Positions 8,318 through 17,794 are shown, numbered from the stretch's first letter. The stretch: 32,000 nt of DNA from Candidatus Paracaedimonas acanthamoebae (GCA_000743035.1 CP008936.1:150001-182000); one strand, 5' to 3'. The notes: generated by a model not told the origin, from the letters alone. Program-made: numbers and translations.

Positions 8318-8735
8318 CTTCGCGACGCGCAAGTGCAACAAGTGCCTCGGTTTGGTCAGGAAGGGTTTTCACGATTCCTTCTACGACAAGCTTGCGCCAA
8401 ATAAAGCTTAAAGGGCCAGAGATTTGCATAGTGGTGGTTAACCTTAAACCATCCTTGGTCGCCTCCATTTCATGGATGCCATCCATAATGGCGCCGAAAA
8501 ATCGTGTTCGGTCCGTAAACTTATGGTTTTTACGGACTTCGATAATCTCAATTTGAACAACGGGTGCTCCTATTGGTTTTAGAATAAATTTAGCTCCAAC
8601 TTTAAAGGGGCCTTCAAGTTTGCAGTATTCGCTGTCTAGATCCCATTTATGCCGGTTATTCACGTCGGCCCAGAGGGCCCACACGCGTTCTTTCTGAAGA
8701 TCCTTAAAAGTTTTGCTATAAGTTTTTATCCACAT
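8310..8735 (-). CDS. SRPBCC-superfamily (START/polyketide-cyclase-like) small-ligand-binding protein
   Basis: 141 aa. The size and the pattern VWALWADVNNRHKWD...FTDRTRFFGAIMDGIHEM...RLTTTMQISGPLSFIW resemble SRPBCC folds. It is translationally coupled to the MarR gene. Confidence 0.65.
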   Translation of the reverse strand: MWIKTYSKTFKDLQKERVWALWADVNNRHKWDLDSEYCKLEGPFKVGAKFILKPIGAPVVQIEIIEVRKNHKFTDRTRFFGAIMDGIHEMEATKDGLRLTTTMQISGPLSFIWRKLVVEGIVKTLPDQTEALVALARREDD

Positions 8736-8834
8736 AAGAGTCTCTTTAATAATAAAAAATAATATATGTATATTTACTATATAATTTTTTACTAAACAAG
8801 CCTAAAGGCTCTTTAAAACATGATAGAAAAACCT

Positions 8835-10328
8835 TTAAGCAAAACGATAGTTATTCCGCCCGGCGCGTTTAGCTTCGTACATAGCTTTGTCGGCCGCAAC
8901 CAGTAAGGATGCAGGTGTTAAACCATGGGGCAGGCCGTAGACAATACCGATACTGGCGCCAATTTCTATTGTCTTTCCACCGTATTGAATTGGAATACAA
9001 ATACTCTTTTGAATACGATGAATAAGCTCTTCTAAGGTGGCGTGGTTTTTTACTTTTTTTAGAAGAATACTAAACTCATCTCCACCCAGGCGGGCAATAA
9101 GGTCCGATTTGCGAAGACACTTCTGAAGTCGTTTACTAATTTCTGTTAATAAATGGTCACCATAGGAATGTCCAAACGTATCATTAATACTTTTAAATCC
9201 ATCAAGGTCGATATAAATAACAGCAAATTTTAAGGTTTTTTTTTGAGCGTCAACAAGGATGTTTTCAAGAGCTTTTTTAAAAAGAACTCGATTGGCAAGT
9301 CCTGTGAGAATATCGTGCGTTGCGAGGTATTGTACTTCTTTCTCATATTGAATCTGTTCAGTAACATCCTTAAAGATGGCGATCATACCTCCTTCAGGCA
9401 GTTTTTTTTCAGTGATTTCAATATAATGACCATTTGAAAGTTTATCGATATAAGGTTTGTGAGGCATGGTATGGACTTTGAGTCGCTTAGAAAGCCAAGC
9501 GAGATACTTATGATCTAGTTCAACATGTTGCTTTAATGATCTTCGACCATGAAGAAGATAGACACCACGTTTATAGTTGATTTCTAATAATTGTTGATAA
9601 TTAAGGCCTTGTTTGATTTCAGCTTCCTCAAGATTGTAAATATTTCGAAAACTCTGGTTGCATAAAATCAGTTGATCATGAGGATCAAAAATTGCAAACC
9701 CATCATCGACGCATTCAACGGCTTCTTTTAAAAGGGAAAGTCTAGCGCGGATCTCAAGAAGGTTTTCAACCCGAAAATTTTGATAGGCTTTATTTTCAAG
9801 CCATATATGTATGCGAAGTTGCAGCAGGGAAGGCTCTAAAGTGGAGGCAAAGAAATCTTCTGCGCCAAGTATGAGGCTCTGGGCCACTTTTTCTTGAGTT
9901 GAGGAAGCAATTAAGAGAGGGATATGGGAAAATGAGCTTTGAGATTTTACTTTTTTTACAAACTCAAGAAGATGAAAAGATGCTTGAAAATTGTTGATAA
10001 TCATATCGATCATCTGCCTGGACAAGACCTCAAAAGCTTCTTCTGAGGTTGAGGCTATAAGGAGCCTATGCCCCCCTTGTGTAAGTGAGCTAACAATTAA
10101 ATCGCGTTCTATCCTGGGCTCTCCAACAATTAAAATATTACCTTTAAGAGAAGGAAGGGAGTTATAGGGAGCAGGATTTTCTGGGCCTGAGTGAGGTGGT
10201 GTTTTATTTAGGAGGGAGACGCCTTTATCAATCGAATATGTATTTAAGGGAAAATTATTTTTATCCAGCAAAAGACTATCCAAGATGTTAAAGACAGAAG
10301 GCTTTCTGGGTAACATAAGTTCTGACAT
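8835..10328 (-). CDS. Diguanylate cyclase: degenerate receiver - PAS - GGDEF
   Basis: C-terminus reads ATHDILTGLANR...IDLDGFKSINDTFGHSYGD...RKSDLIARLGGDEFSILL...AADKAMYEAKRAGRNNY. It has an intact GGDEF motif and an RxxD I-site 5 residues upstream. A PAS-like middle region includes DGFAIFD...LILCNQSF. The N-terminal REC-like fold lacks the conserved Asp and Lys residues. Confidence 0.9.
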   Translation of the reverse strand: MSELMLPRKPSVFNILDSLLLDKNNFPLNTYSIDKGVSLLNKTPPHSGPENPAPYNSLPSLKGNILIVGEPRIERDLIVSSLTQGGHRLLIASTSEEAFEVLSRQMIDMIINNFQASFHLLEFVKKVKSQSSFSHIPLLIASSTQEKVAQSLILGAEDFFASTLEPSLLQLRIHIWLENKAYQNFRVENLLEIRARLSLLKEAVECVDDGFAIFDPHDQLILCNQSFRNIYNLEEAEIKQGLNYQQLLEINYKRGVYLLHGRRSLKQHVELDHKYLAWLSKRLKVHTMPHKPYIDKLSNGHYIEITEKKLPEGGMIAIFKDVTEQIQYEKEVQYLATHDILTGLANRVLFKKALENILVDAQKKTLKFAVIYIDLDGFKSINDTFGHSYGDHLLTEISKRLQKCLRKSDLIARLGGDEFSILLKKVKNHATLEELIHRIQKSICIPIQYGGKTIEIGASIGIVYGLPHGLTPASLLVAADKAMYEAKRAGRNNYRFA

Positions 10329-10560
10329 TTATTGTATTGCCTTTACAGTCTATATGGATGTTTTATTTTCATGTTCTTAGTTTAAAATAAAAAATCTAAT
10401 AAATAGTTAATAGGAAGCTTCTTCAATTAAATAAAAAATGAATTTTTATTCTTGTTTATGCTTGAATGCTTAATTTTAGTGGCTTTGTATTGATCTTATA
10501 AAGCTTGTATGGCAGCATAATAGGAAATTAACTCTCGAGAGACTTCTAAGGGAAATAGAG

Positions 10561-11442
10561 ATGGATTTTATAATGACAACGTCTTTAATGGGAAATGCTC
10601 AGCTTTTATTCTTTTGCACGCTTATAATGACCATTGCATCATGTTGGATTGCACCTCGCTGGATATCTTATCTAGGCTATGCCTTAAGTTGTGGTTTAGC
10701 TTATTGGTATCAATACGCAGAGGGGCTTGGTTTTATATATTTAATCCTGATTGCACTTATGCTCTCAACCTATTATAGAGCCACATCCATTTCTAAAAGT
10801 GTATTAGGGGTGAGCTTAGCAGTTTTTATTTTTGTCATTTATCTCCATTTTATCCCAGGGTTTCACAATTTTATGATTGTCGATAAATTTCAAGTAAGTC
10901 CAAATTCTACCCCTTATTCTAGCTATATTAATGTTGATAAAGTGATGGTCGGTTCTATCTTACTTCTTTTTTATTCTTCGTTAAATGGATCGCTTAAGGA
11001 ATGGAAAATATCCTTGCGGGTTCTTCCTTTGCCTTTGCTTATTGTTTGCGCTCTTCTATTGGGGACGGCTTTTGCCATGCACTATATCCGTATAGATCTT
11101 AAGTTGCCTGCTATTTTGTGGTGGTGGATTCCAACAAATCTGCTGTTGGTTTGTGCAATGGAAGAAATTTTTTATCGAGGTTTTATTCAAAAAGAATTTA
11201 CAAAAGCTTTTTCTTCTTATAAAAAAGGAAATTGGTTTGCATTAACGATTGCCGCACTTATTTTTGGGGCTTCCCATTATACAGGAGGAATTCCTTATAT
11301 TATTCTCTCAACGCTTGCAGGAATGGGTTATGGGTATGTCTTTGTGCGGAGCAATCGGATTGAGGCCTCAATAATGTTACATTTCTTAGTGAACCTCATT
11401 CATATCTTGGCGTTTAGTTATCCGTCGCTAATGCGGGGATAA
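10561..11442 (+). CDS. CPBP-family (CAAX/Abi) intramembrane glutamic protease
   Basis: Polytopic membrane protein with motif 1 EEIFYRGF, motif 2 FGASH and motif 3 HFLVN. Confidence 0.85.
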   Translation: MDFIMTTSLMGNAQLLFFCTLIMTIASCWIAPRWISYLGYALSCGLAYWYQYAEGLGFIYLILIALMLSTYYRATSISKSVLGVSLAVFIFVIYLHFIPGFHNFMIVDKFQVSPNSTPYSSYINVDKVMVGSILLLFYSSLNGSLKEWKISLRVLPLPLLIVCALLLGTAFAMHYIRIDLKLPAILWWWIPTNLLLVCAMEEIFYRGFIQKEFTKAFSSYKKGNWFALTIAALIFGASHYTGGIPYIILSTLAGMGYGYVFVRSNRIEASIMLHFLVNLIHILAFSYPSLMRG

Positions 11443-11447
11443 ATGCT

Positions 11448-12286
11448 GTGCAAGACAGTACCGCTCCCATTTTGGTTCAGTAACCGACCTTCATATAAGC
11501 CCGCAATGGGATGAAAACGCACGGCGGCTTGAAATTGTTATTCAAGCAATTAATAAAGAAATTCGGCCGTTTCTTACATTGGTTACAGGTGACCTTGTTC
11601 AGGATGGATTGCAAATAGAAGCCTATGAATACTTGCATACTTTGTTAGGATGCTTAGAAGCCCCATATTATCTCATTCCTGGTAATCATGATAATCGTTC
11701 TGCTCTTAAACAAGTATTTCATGAGACAACTTATATGGATACCGCAGCTGAGCGTATAGAATATATTATCGATACGCCTAAATTACCTTTTGCATTACTG
11801 GCCTTAGATACAGTTGTATCGGGAGAATTTTATGGTCAACTAAGCGAAGAGCAGTTTCAACGGATTCATGAAGTATCTTGTACACTCTATAAACCACTTG
11901 TTATCTTTATGCACCATCCGCCATTAACGCCAGGAACTATCGATCCTCATATTTTTGAGTATTTCAAACGCTTCTCTCCGGCACTCTTAGACGGGCTTAA
12001 ATTTATAGGTGCGGAAGCTTTTGCAAATCAAGTTTCTGGCCTCTCCTCTCTTCGCGCAATATTGAGCGGGCATTTACATTTGTCTGCTCAATTATTGTGG
12101 CAAGGGATTCCTCTTATTATTGCACCAAGTGTGGCTCCTTCTTTAAAAGGAGTTATTCCTTATAAGGAGCATTTGGCACGCATAGGAATGATTTTACAGG
12201 AAAATCCTGGGCTTGCAGTGCATCTCTGGGATTCAAATATTAATAATCTTGTTTCATTATTTAAGTACTACAAGCTACCCACTTGA
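11448..12286 (+). pseudogene. CpdA-like class III metallophosphoesterase with an N-terminal frameshift
   Basis: Motifs GDLVQDG, GNHD, HH (FMHHPP) and GHLH lie in the track ORF (TTG 11579). The first motif (TDLHI) is encoded upstream in the same frame (open from 11432), but that frame has no ATG, GTG or TTG before it. A GTG at 11448 with GGGGA upstream reads MQDSTAPILVQ in the adjacent frame and hits TAA at 11481-11483, right at the junction. Confidence 0.6.
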
Positions 12287-12398
12287 GGAAAAAGGAAATA
12301 ATATTATCTTGCAATTATACTTAGGGAGAATACTTATCAGTTATAAGAGAATGCTTTAGCTTAATAAAATGATTCACCGCTACAAAGCTGGGAAGTCT

Positions 12399-13382
12399 CT
12401 AGTATCTGACTAAAGCTGAACCCCAGATAAGGCCACCACCAATTCCCTCATGAAGAATAAGATCGCCAGGCTTCACGCGTCCGTCTTGAGTAGCAGCCCA
12501 AAGTGCTAAAGGGATAGAGGCTGCAGAAGTATTGGCATGTTTATCAACGGTTACAATAACTTTTTCGAGGGGTAATTTTAAACGTTGAGCCACAGATTCG
12601 ATTATGCGAACGTTTGCTTGATGTGGAATAAACCAATCAATGTCATCGATGGTGATATTGTGCTCAGCTAACATTTTAACTGCTGACTCCGTCAATTTTA
12701 CAACAGCATGTTTGTAAACTTCTTGGCCGGACATTCTAATCTTACCTGCTTTCCCCGTCAGAGAAGGGCCGCCGTCAGTATAAAGGATATCACTGAATTG
12801 ACCTTCTGTTTGAAGATGTACGCCAAGTACACCGCGGTCTCCTGCTTTTTCAGGATCCATACCTTCAAGAACAATAGCGCCTGCCCCGTCGCCAAATAAG
12901 ACATTAGTGCGGCGATCTTCCATATCAAGAAGCCTACTAAATGTTTCTCCACCAATCACAAGTGCAGCTTTGGCTTGACGTAAACGCAAAAAATTATCAG
13001 CAACTTGCAAAGCAAGAAGAAAGCCTGCACAGACTCCTGCGACGTCAAAAGCTAATGCGGTTGAATTTTTAAGAAGTTTTTGCGTTAGGGCTGCTGTGGA
13101 CGGAAAAGTTAAATCAGGAGAGGCTGTTGCGACAATAATAAGGTCAATCTCATTAATGTCCTTTCCTGCGTTTTTGAGTGCACATTGGGCTGCTTTGGCA
13201 CAGAGATGCGAAGTTAGTTCATTCTCTTCAGCAAAGTGACGTTGATGAATTCCTGTGCGTTCAACGATCCACTCATGAGAGGTATCAACAATTTTAGCGA
13301 GATCATAATTTGTTAAAATACACTGAGGGAGGTAGCCTCCTACTCCAGTGATGACAGATCGCCACTGTGCAGGATGAATCAT
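12399..13382 (-). CDS. fabH: 3-oxoacyl-ACP synthase III
   Basis: VITGVGGYLP...TSHEWIVERTGI; active-site Cys in GVCAGF; HQANVRI; ANTSAASIPLAL; GGGLIWG. Confidence 0.96.
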   Translation of the reverse strand: MIHPAQWRSVITGVGGYLPQCILTNYDLAKIVDTSHEWIVERTGIHQRHFAEENELTSHLCAKAAQCALKNAGKDINEIDLIIVATASPDLTFPSTAALTQKLLKNSTALAFDVAGVCAGFLLALQVADNFLRLRQAKAALVIGGETFSRLLDMEDRRTNVLFGDGAGAIVLEGMDPEKAGDRGVLGVHLQTEGQFSDILYTDGGPSLTGKAGKIRMSGQEVYKHAVVKLTESAVKMLAEHNITIDDIDWFIPHQANVRIIESVAQRLKLPLEKVIVTVDKHANTSAASIPLALWAATQDGRVKPGDLILHEGIGGGLIWGSALVRY

Positions 13383-13383
13383 T

Positions 13384-14445
13384 TCAAGCGACTCCTTCAG
13401 GATTAAAATTGGATGTTGTTTCTTCCCCTTTTAATTTTTGTGAAAATTCAAGAATCATTGCGCTAATATTCTGATTGATATTTTTTCGAATCATATCTGC
13501 GGCTACAGTAACAGCATTATAGAAGCCAGAGGCATCTGTGCCACCATGACTTTTAACAGCAATTCCTTTAAGACCCAGAAAAGGAGCGCCGTTATATTTG
13601 CTGGGATCAAGTTTGTTTTTTACATACAGCAAGGCTGGTTTTGCGAGCAAAGCGCCGACCTTAGAAAGAAGGGATTGATCTAGGGCCTGACGCAAAAAAT
13701 AAGTCATCAGTCGTGCTGTACCTTCCATGGTTTTTAAAGAGATATTGCCCATGAATCCATCTGCAATGATAACATCGACTGTTCCTTTTGAAATATCGTC
13801 GCCTTCAATGAAACCATAATAATTTTCAAGACACTTAGTCGAACGTAACATTTGTTGGGCAACTTGCAATACTGCGTTTCCTTTAAGCTCTTCTGAACCT
13901 ATATTGAGGAGTCCTACAGAAGGGTTAGGCAGATTCAAGACAATCTTTGCAAAAGCAACGCCCATTAAGGCAAATTCAATAATATTTTGAGGATTAACAT
14001 CAACATTAGCACCCAGGTCTAACATAACTTTGGGGCCGGTAATTGAAGGAACCAGGCCAGTTATAGCAGGTCGATCAATCCCTTCAAGTGTGCCTAAAGA
14101 AATCTTAGCAAGAGCCATATATGCACCTGTGTTTCCTGCTGAAACAACACCGTCTGCTAGTTCTTCACGGACAGCCATAATTGCTTGTCGCATACTTGAG
14201 TCTTTAAAACTTCTGACTGCTGCGCTGGGTTTAGCATCCGCTGTAATGATCTCGGTTGTCGGAATAAAAGTTGAAATGGATTGTAATTTTGGTTGGGTTT
14301 TTAAAAGAGGAAAAACCTCTGCTTCACTTCCATAAATTTGGAAAGTAACATCTGTAAAATCTTGTGCAACCCGTGAAAGCCCCTCAATGACAACATGCGG
14401 AGCTTGATCACCACCCATTGCATCAATAGCAATACGAATGTTCAA
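13384..14445 (-). CDS. plsX: Phosphate acyltransferase PlsX
   Basis: MNIRIAIDAMGGDQAP...SAGNTGA...ADGFMGNISLK...GAPFLGLKGIAVKSHG. The stop is 1 nt from the fabH start. Confidence 0.96.
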   Translation of the reverse strand: MNIRIAIDAMGGDQAPHVVIEGLSRVAQDFTDVTFQIYGSEAEVFPLLKTQPKLQSISTFIPTTEIITADAKPSAAVRSFKDSSMRQAIMAVREELADGVVSAGNTGAYMALAKISLGTLEGIDRPAITGLVPSITGPKVMLDLGANVDVNPQNIIEFALMGVAFAKIVLNLPNPSVGLLNIGSEELKGNAVLQVAQQMLRSTKCLENYYGFIEGDDISKGTVDVIIADGFMGNISLKTMEGTARLMTYFLRQALDQSLLSKVGALLAKPALLYVKNKLDPSKYNGAPFLGLKGIAVKSHGGTDASGFYNAVTVAADMIRKNINQNISAMILEFSQKLKGEETTSNFNPEGVA

Positions 14446-14496
14446 GCTAGGCCCCTTTCATCAATCATTAAGAAAAATCTGAACGAAGAAAAATCG

Positions 14497-14676
14497 CTAA
14501 ACTTTAATATCAAGGATCATTCGACCACGGTAGTGGCCACATTTAGAACACATATGATGAGATAATTTCCGTTCACCACAATTTGTACATTCACCTGAAC
14601 GTATTTGAGGAAGTGCGTGATGGGAGCGACGCATATCACGCCGAGATTTAGAAACTTTTCTCTTAGGAACAGCCAT
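14497..14676 (-). CDS. rpmF: 50S ribosomal protein L32 (59 aa, below the ORF-track cutoff)
   Basis: Hand translation of the minus strand gives [59 protein letters not shown]. It shows the canonical MAVPKRK start and CxxC...CxxC zinc ribbon, in the classic rpmF-plsX-fabH order. Confidence 0.95.
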   Translation of the reverse strand: MAVPKRKVSKSRRDMRRSHHALPQIRSGECTNCGERKLSHHMCSKCGHYRGRMILDIKV

Positions 14677-14811
14677 GTTTCAACCTATCTGTTAATATTT
14701 CTGATGCAGAACCTACCTGAATTTTATTCAAACAGCAAGCGAAATGAAAAAGAAAAGAGATTCTAGTATTATATATAAAAAAAATGTTATTTTTCTTTAG
14801 ATTATTAGGAA

Positions 14812-16128
14812 ATGGTGATGACTAATACCCCTTTCATTCGATCAAAAGATGATTTGATTAATTATTTTTCACAGGGAAATAAGCCAGAAAGCCAATGGCG
14901 TATCGGCGTTGAGCATGAAAAATTGTTACTTGATCAGCAATCGTTTAAACGAATTTCTTATGAAAAGGGAATTGAAGAAATTTTAACTCAGTTGAAATCT
15001 TTTGGATGGGAGCCAGTTTTTGAGCATATGAAGCTTATTGGGCTTAGAAGAGGACGCGCAAGTATTTCTCTCGAACCTGGTGGCCAATTTGAGCTTTCTG
15101 GTGCGCCTCTTGCAACTGTTCATGAGATAAGGCATGAGTTAGATAACCACCTATTTGAACTTAAATCTGTGGTCTATTCTTTAGGAATTCGTATTGTCGG
15201 CTTAGGTATTGATCCTATTTCTAATCGAAAAGATATTCCTTGGATGCCTAAAGAGCGTTATCGCCTTATGCGGCAATATATGCCCACAAAAGGGGAACAT
15301 GGTTTAGACATGATGACAACGACATGTACTGTTCAAGTTAATCTAGATTTTACATCTGAAGAAGATATGGTTCTCAAATTTAAGGTTGCTATGGCGCTAC
15401 AACCCTTAATAATAGCCCTTTTTGCTAATTCTTCTGTCAAAGGAGGGCAAGATATGGGATACGCAAGTTACCGAGCAGCTATCTGGCAAGATACAGATCC
15501 TGAGCGATGTGGGTTATTACCTTTCGTCTTTGAGCCAAACTTGAGTTTTGAAAAATATGTGGACTATGCGCTGAATGTTCCCATGTATTTTGTAAAAAGA
15601 AATGATAACTATATCTCAGCATTAGGTTTGTCTTTTCGTGATTTTCTTCAAGGAAAATTATCAATTTTACCGGGTGAGTTGCCCACTCTTAATGATTGGG
15701 AGAATCATTTAAGCACATTATTTCCTGAAGTCAGGCTTAAACGGTATTTAGAACTCCGTGGAGCTGATGGGGGAACATCACGACATATTCTTGCTTTGCC
15801 TGCTTTTTGGGTGGGGTTGCTTTATGATAAAGAAAATTTGCAGGAAGCTTATGATATAATCAAAAATTGGCTTTATAAAGATTTGCAAGAACTTTATTGT
15901 TCAGTGCCTCGATTAGGTCTTAATGCTGTTTTTCAGCAAAGGGCACTAAGAGACTGGGGGCATCAATTTTTAAGAATTTCACAAAAAGGGTTAAGTCGGC
16001 GCAATTTTAAGGATTCCTCTGGATTAGAAGAAATACATTATTTATCTTACTTAGAAGAGCGCTTAACTTCTTTAAGTTTTATGGAAACGCAGAGTTTAGA
16101 AGCACTTATCTACGCGCATACTTTTTAG
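14812..16128 (+). CDS. gshA: Glutamate--cysteine ligase, plant/alphaproteobacterial type
   Basis: RIGVEHEK, SLEPGGQFELSGAP, TCTVQVNLDF, ALQPLIIALFANS and WENHLSTLFPEVRLKRYLELRGAD are typical of the GCS2/plant-type family. Confidence 0.9.
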   Translation: MVMTNTPFIRSKDDLINYFSQGNKPESQWRIGVEHEKLLLDQQSFKRISYEKGIEEILTQLKSFGWEPVFEHMKLIGLRRGRASISLEPGGQFELSGAPLATVHEIRHELDNHLFELKSVVYSLGIRIVGLGIDPISNRKDIPWMPKERYRLMRQYMPTKGEHGLDMMTTTCTVQVNLDFTSEEDMVLKFKVAMALQPLIIALFANSSVKGGQDMGYASYRAAIWQDTDPERCGLLPFVFEPNLSFEKYVDYALNVPMYFVKRNDNYISALGLSFRDFLQGKLSILPGELPTLNDWENHLSTLFPEVRLKRYLELRGADGGTSRHILALPAFWVGLLYDKENLQEAYDIIKNWLYKDLQELYCSVPRLGLNAVFQQRALRDWGHQFLRISQKGLSRRNFKDSSGLEEIHYLSYLEERLTSLSFMETQSLEALIYAHTF

Positions 16129-16131
16129 GCT

Positions 16132-16890
16132 TTAGACTTGGAACTGCTCTTGAATAACTCGCTCTTCAAATCCGTGATTTTCGTCAAACAAAAGAGTAAA
16201 GTTTTTGGAGGAATCTTCATAGATCTCAACCCATTGTGCATCACGAATTTCTGTTGAATCTGCAACGGCACTTACGGGACGTTTTTGAGGTTCCAAAATT
16301 TCAAATCGTACTTTCGTTGTATGAGGGAGTAAAGCACCTCTCCAACGCCGAGGTCTAAAAGGACTGATAGGAGTAAGAGCTAACAGTTTAGCACTTAATG
16401 GAATAATTGGGCCATGTGCTGAGAGATTATAGGCTGTACTGCCTGCAGGAGTGGCAACCAAAACACCATCACAAACCATTTCACTGAGTCGTTCAATACC
16501 ATCAATAAAAATACGTAGTTTGGCGGCTTGATAAGTTTGCCTTAAAAGAGAAACTTCATTAATTGCAAGCGCTTCATAACTGGCATTCTGCATTGTGATG
16601 ACGCGCATATGAAGGGGATGAAGCTGAATTGTTTTTGCTTTTTTGAGTCGGTCTTCAAGATTTTGAGGACTATAATTATTCATCAAAAATCCGACACTTC
16701 CAAAATTCATGCCAAAAACAGATACGTTGCAATTAATTGTAGATTGAAGAACGTGCAACATGAAACCATCGCCTCCAAGAGCAATAATAATATCGGCTTG
16801 TTCTACGGGGACAAAAGCATAACGTTCTTTTAAAGTTATTAGAGATTTTTGAGCTTCCGGGTGAGAGCTCGCAACAAATGCAATTTTCAT
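16132..16890 (-). CDS. nadK: NAD kinase
   Basis: [10 protein letters not shown] (GGDG motif), [30 protein letters not shown]. Starting at ATG 16890 (MKIAFVASS) gives 252 aa. The track's extra 14 codons overlap the upstream gene. Confidence 0.92.
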   Translation of the reverse strand: MKIAFVASSHPEAQKSLITLKERYAFVPVEQADIIIALGGDGFMLHVLQSTINCNVSVFGMNFGSVGFLMNNYSPQNLEDRLKKAKTIQLHPLHMRVITMQNASYEALAINEVSLLRQTYQAAKLRIFIDGIERLSEMVCDGVLVATPAGSTAYNLSAHGPIIPLSAKLLALTPISPFRPRRWRGALLPHTTKVRFEILEPQKRPVSAVADSTEIRDAQWVEIYEDSSKNFTLLFDENHGFEERVIQEQFQV

Positions 16891-16891
16891 A

Positions 16892-17794
16892 TTATTCTCG
16901 CCCCTTAAGGCATATGATAAAAGTATCGGCAAGTTGGTGCATCATTTTAAAATAAAGAGCCTCATCAAGAGGAAAGGTTGTCCCAAAAGGATCTAAGTTC
17001 CCAGTCTTAATTCTTGTTGCGTCAGCTAATGTTTTTATAAGGGCAGGATAAAATTGTGTTTCCCCAAAGATGCATCTTACATTTTTAAGTTTTATTTGCT
17101 CTTCTAAAATTTTAAGTCTTTGTACGCTAATTGGAATTTCAGGGTCTAATATTAAAGCGCCTAAACCTGAAAGATTATAAGCTTTCTCGAAATATTGATA
17201 ACCATCATGATACACTAAAAAAGGGTAATTTTGTACAGGAGTTAACTTTTCAGTGAGGGCTTGATGGAGATGAGCGAGTTTTGAAATCAAAAAGGTCGCA
17301 TTTTTTTTATAAGTAGAAGCATTTTGCGGATCGTGTTGAGATAATTTATCTGCAATGACTTCAACAATTTTTTGTGCATTGAGAGGTGTTAACCATAGGT
17401 GTGGATCCATAACATTAGATTCAGTGCCATGCAGATGAGAACACGTCGGGCATTCAGTTGAGCGTATGGGTAATTGAATAAGATCAGGAATTGTATTTAT
17501 TTGAATCGTATTTGCAGAACTCTGTTCTAAGGGTTTTTCTAAAAAAAATTCATAATTAGGGCCAATCCATATAAGTAGGTCAGTATTCTCAATTTTTCGC
17601 CGATCGGATGGTTTTAATGCATAGTGATGGGGGGAAACGACTCCATCTAAGAGAAGGGTGGGGGCGGCAACATCTTTCATAATACCTGTCACCAGAGAAT
17701 GAAGTGGTGGAAGCGTGACAAGGACACGTAATATAGCTTCTCCCTTATGAGGAATAAAAAAGAATAATATCAAGATTTTTAACAAAAAACGCAT
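16892..17794 (-). CDS. ZnuA/TroA-like periplasmic metal (zinc)-binding protein
   Basis: Signal peptide [20 protein letters not shown]. Metal-ligand contexts [17 protein letters not shown] and YHDGYQYF. A short His/Cys loop [11 protein letters not shown]. No znuB or znuC lies in the window. Confidence 0.8.
   Translation of the reverse strand: MRFLLKILILFFFIPHKGEAILRVLVTLPPLHSLVTGIMKDVAAPTLLLDGVVSPHHYALKPSDRRKIENTDLLIWIGPNYEFFLEKPLEQSSANTIQINTIPDLIQLPIRSTECPTCSHLHGTESNVMDPHLWLTPLNAQKIVEVIADKLSQHDPQNASTYKKNATFLISKLAHLHQALTEKLTPVQNYPFLVYHDGYQYFEKAYNLSGLGALILDPEIPISVQRLKILEEQIKLKNVRCIFGETQFYPALIKTLADATRIKTGNLDPFGTTFPLDEALYFKMMHQLADTFIICLKGRE

Noticed and set aside
8736-8834. MarR operator in the SRPBCC-marR upstream region (AT-rich TATATAGTAAATATACATATAT stretch)
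   Set aside because: Base-by-base checking shows only 5-nt AT arms pairing. There is no convincing inverted repeat.
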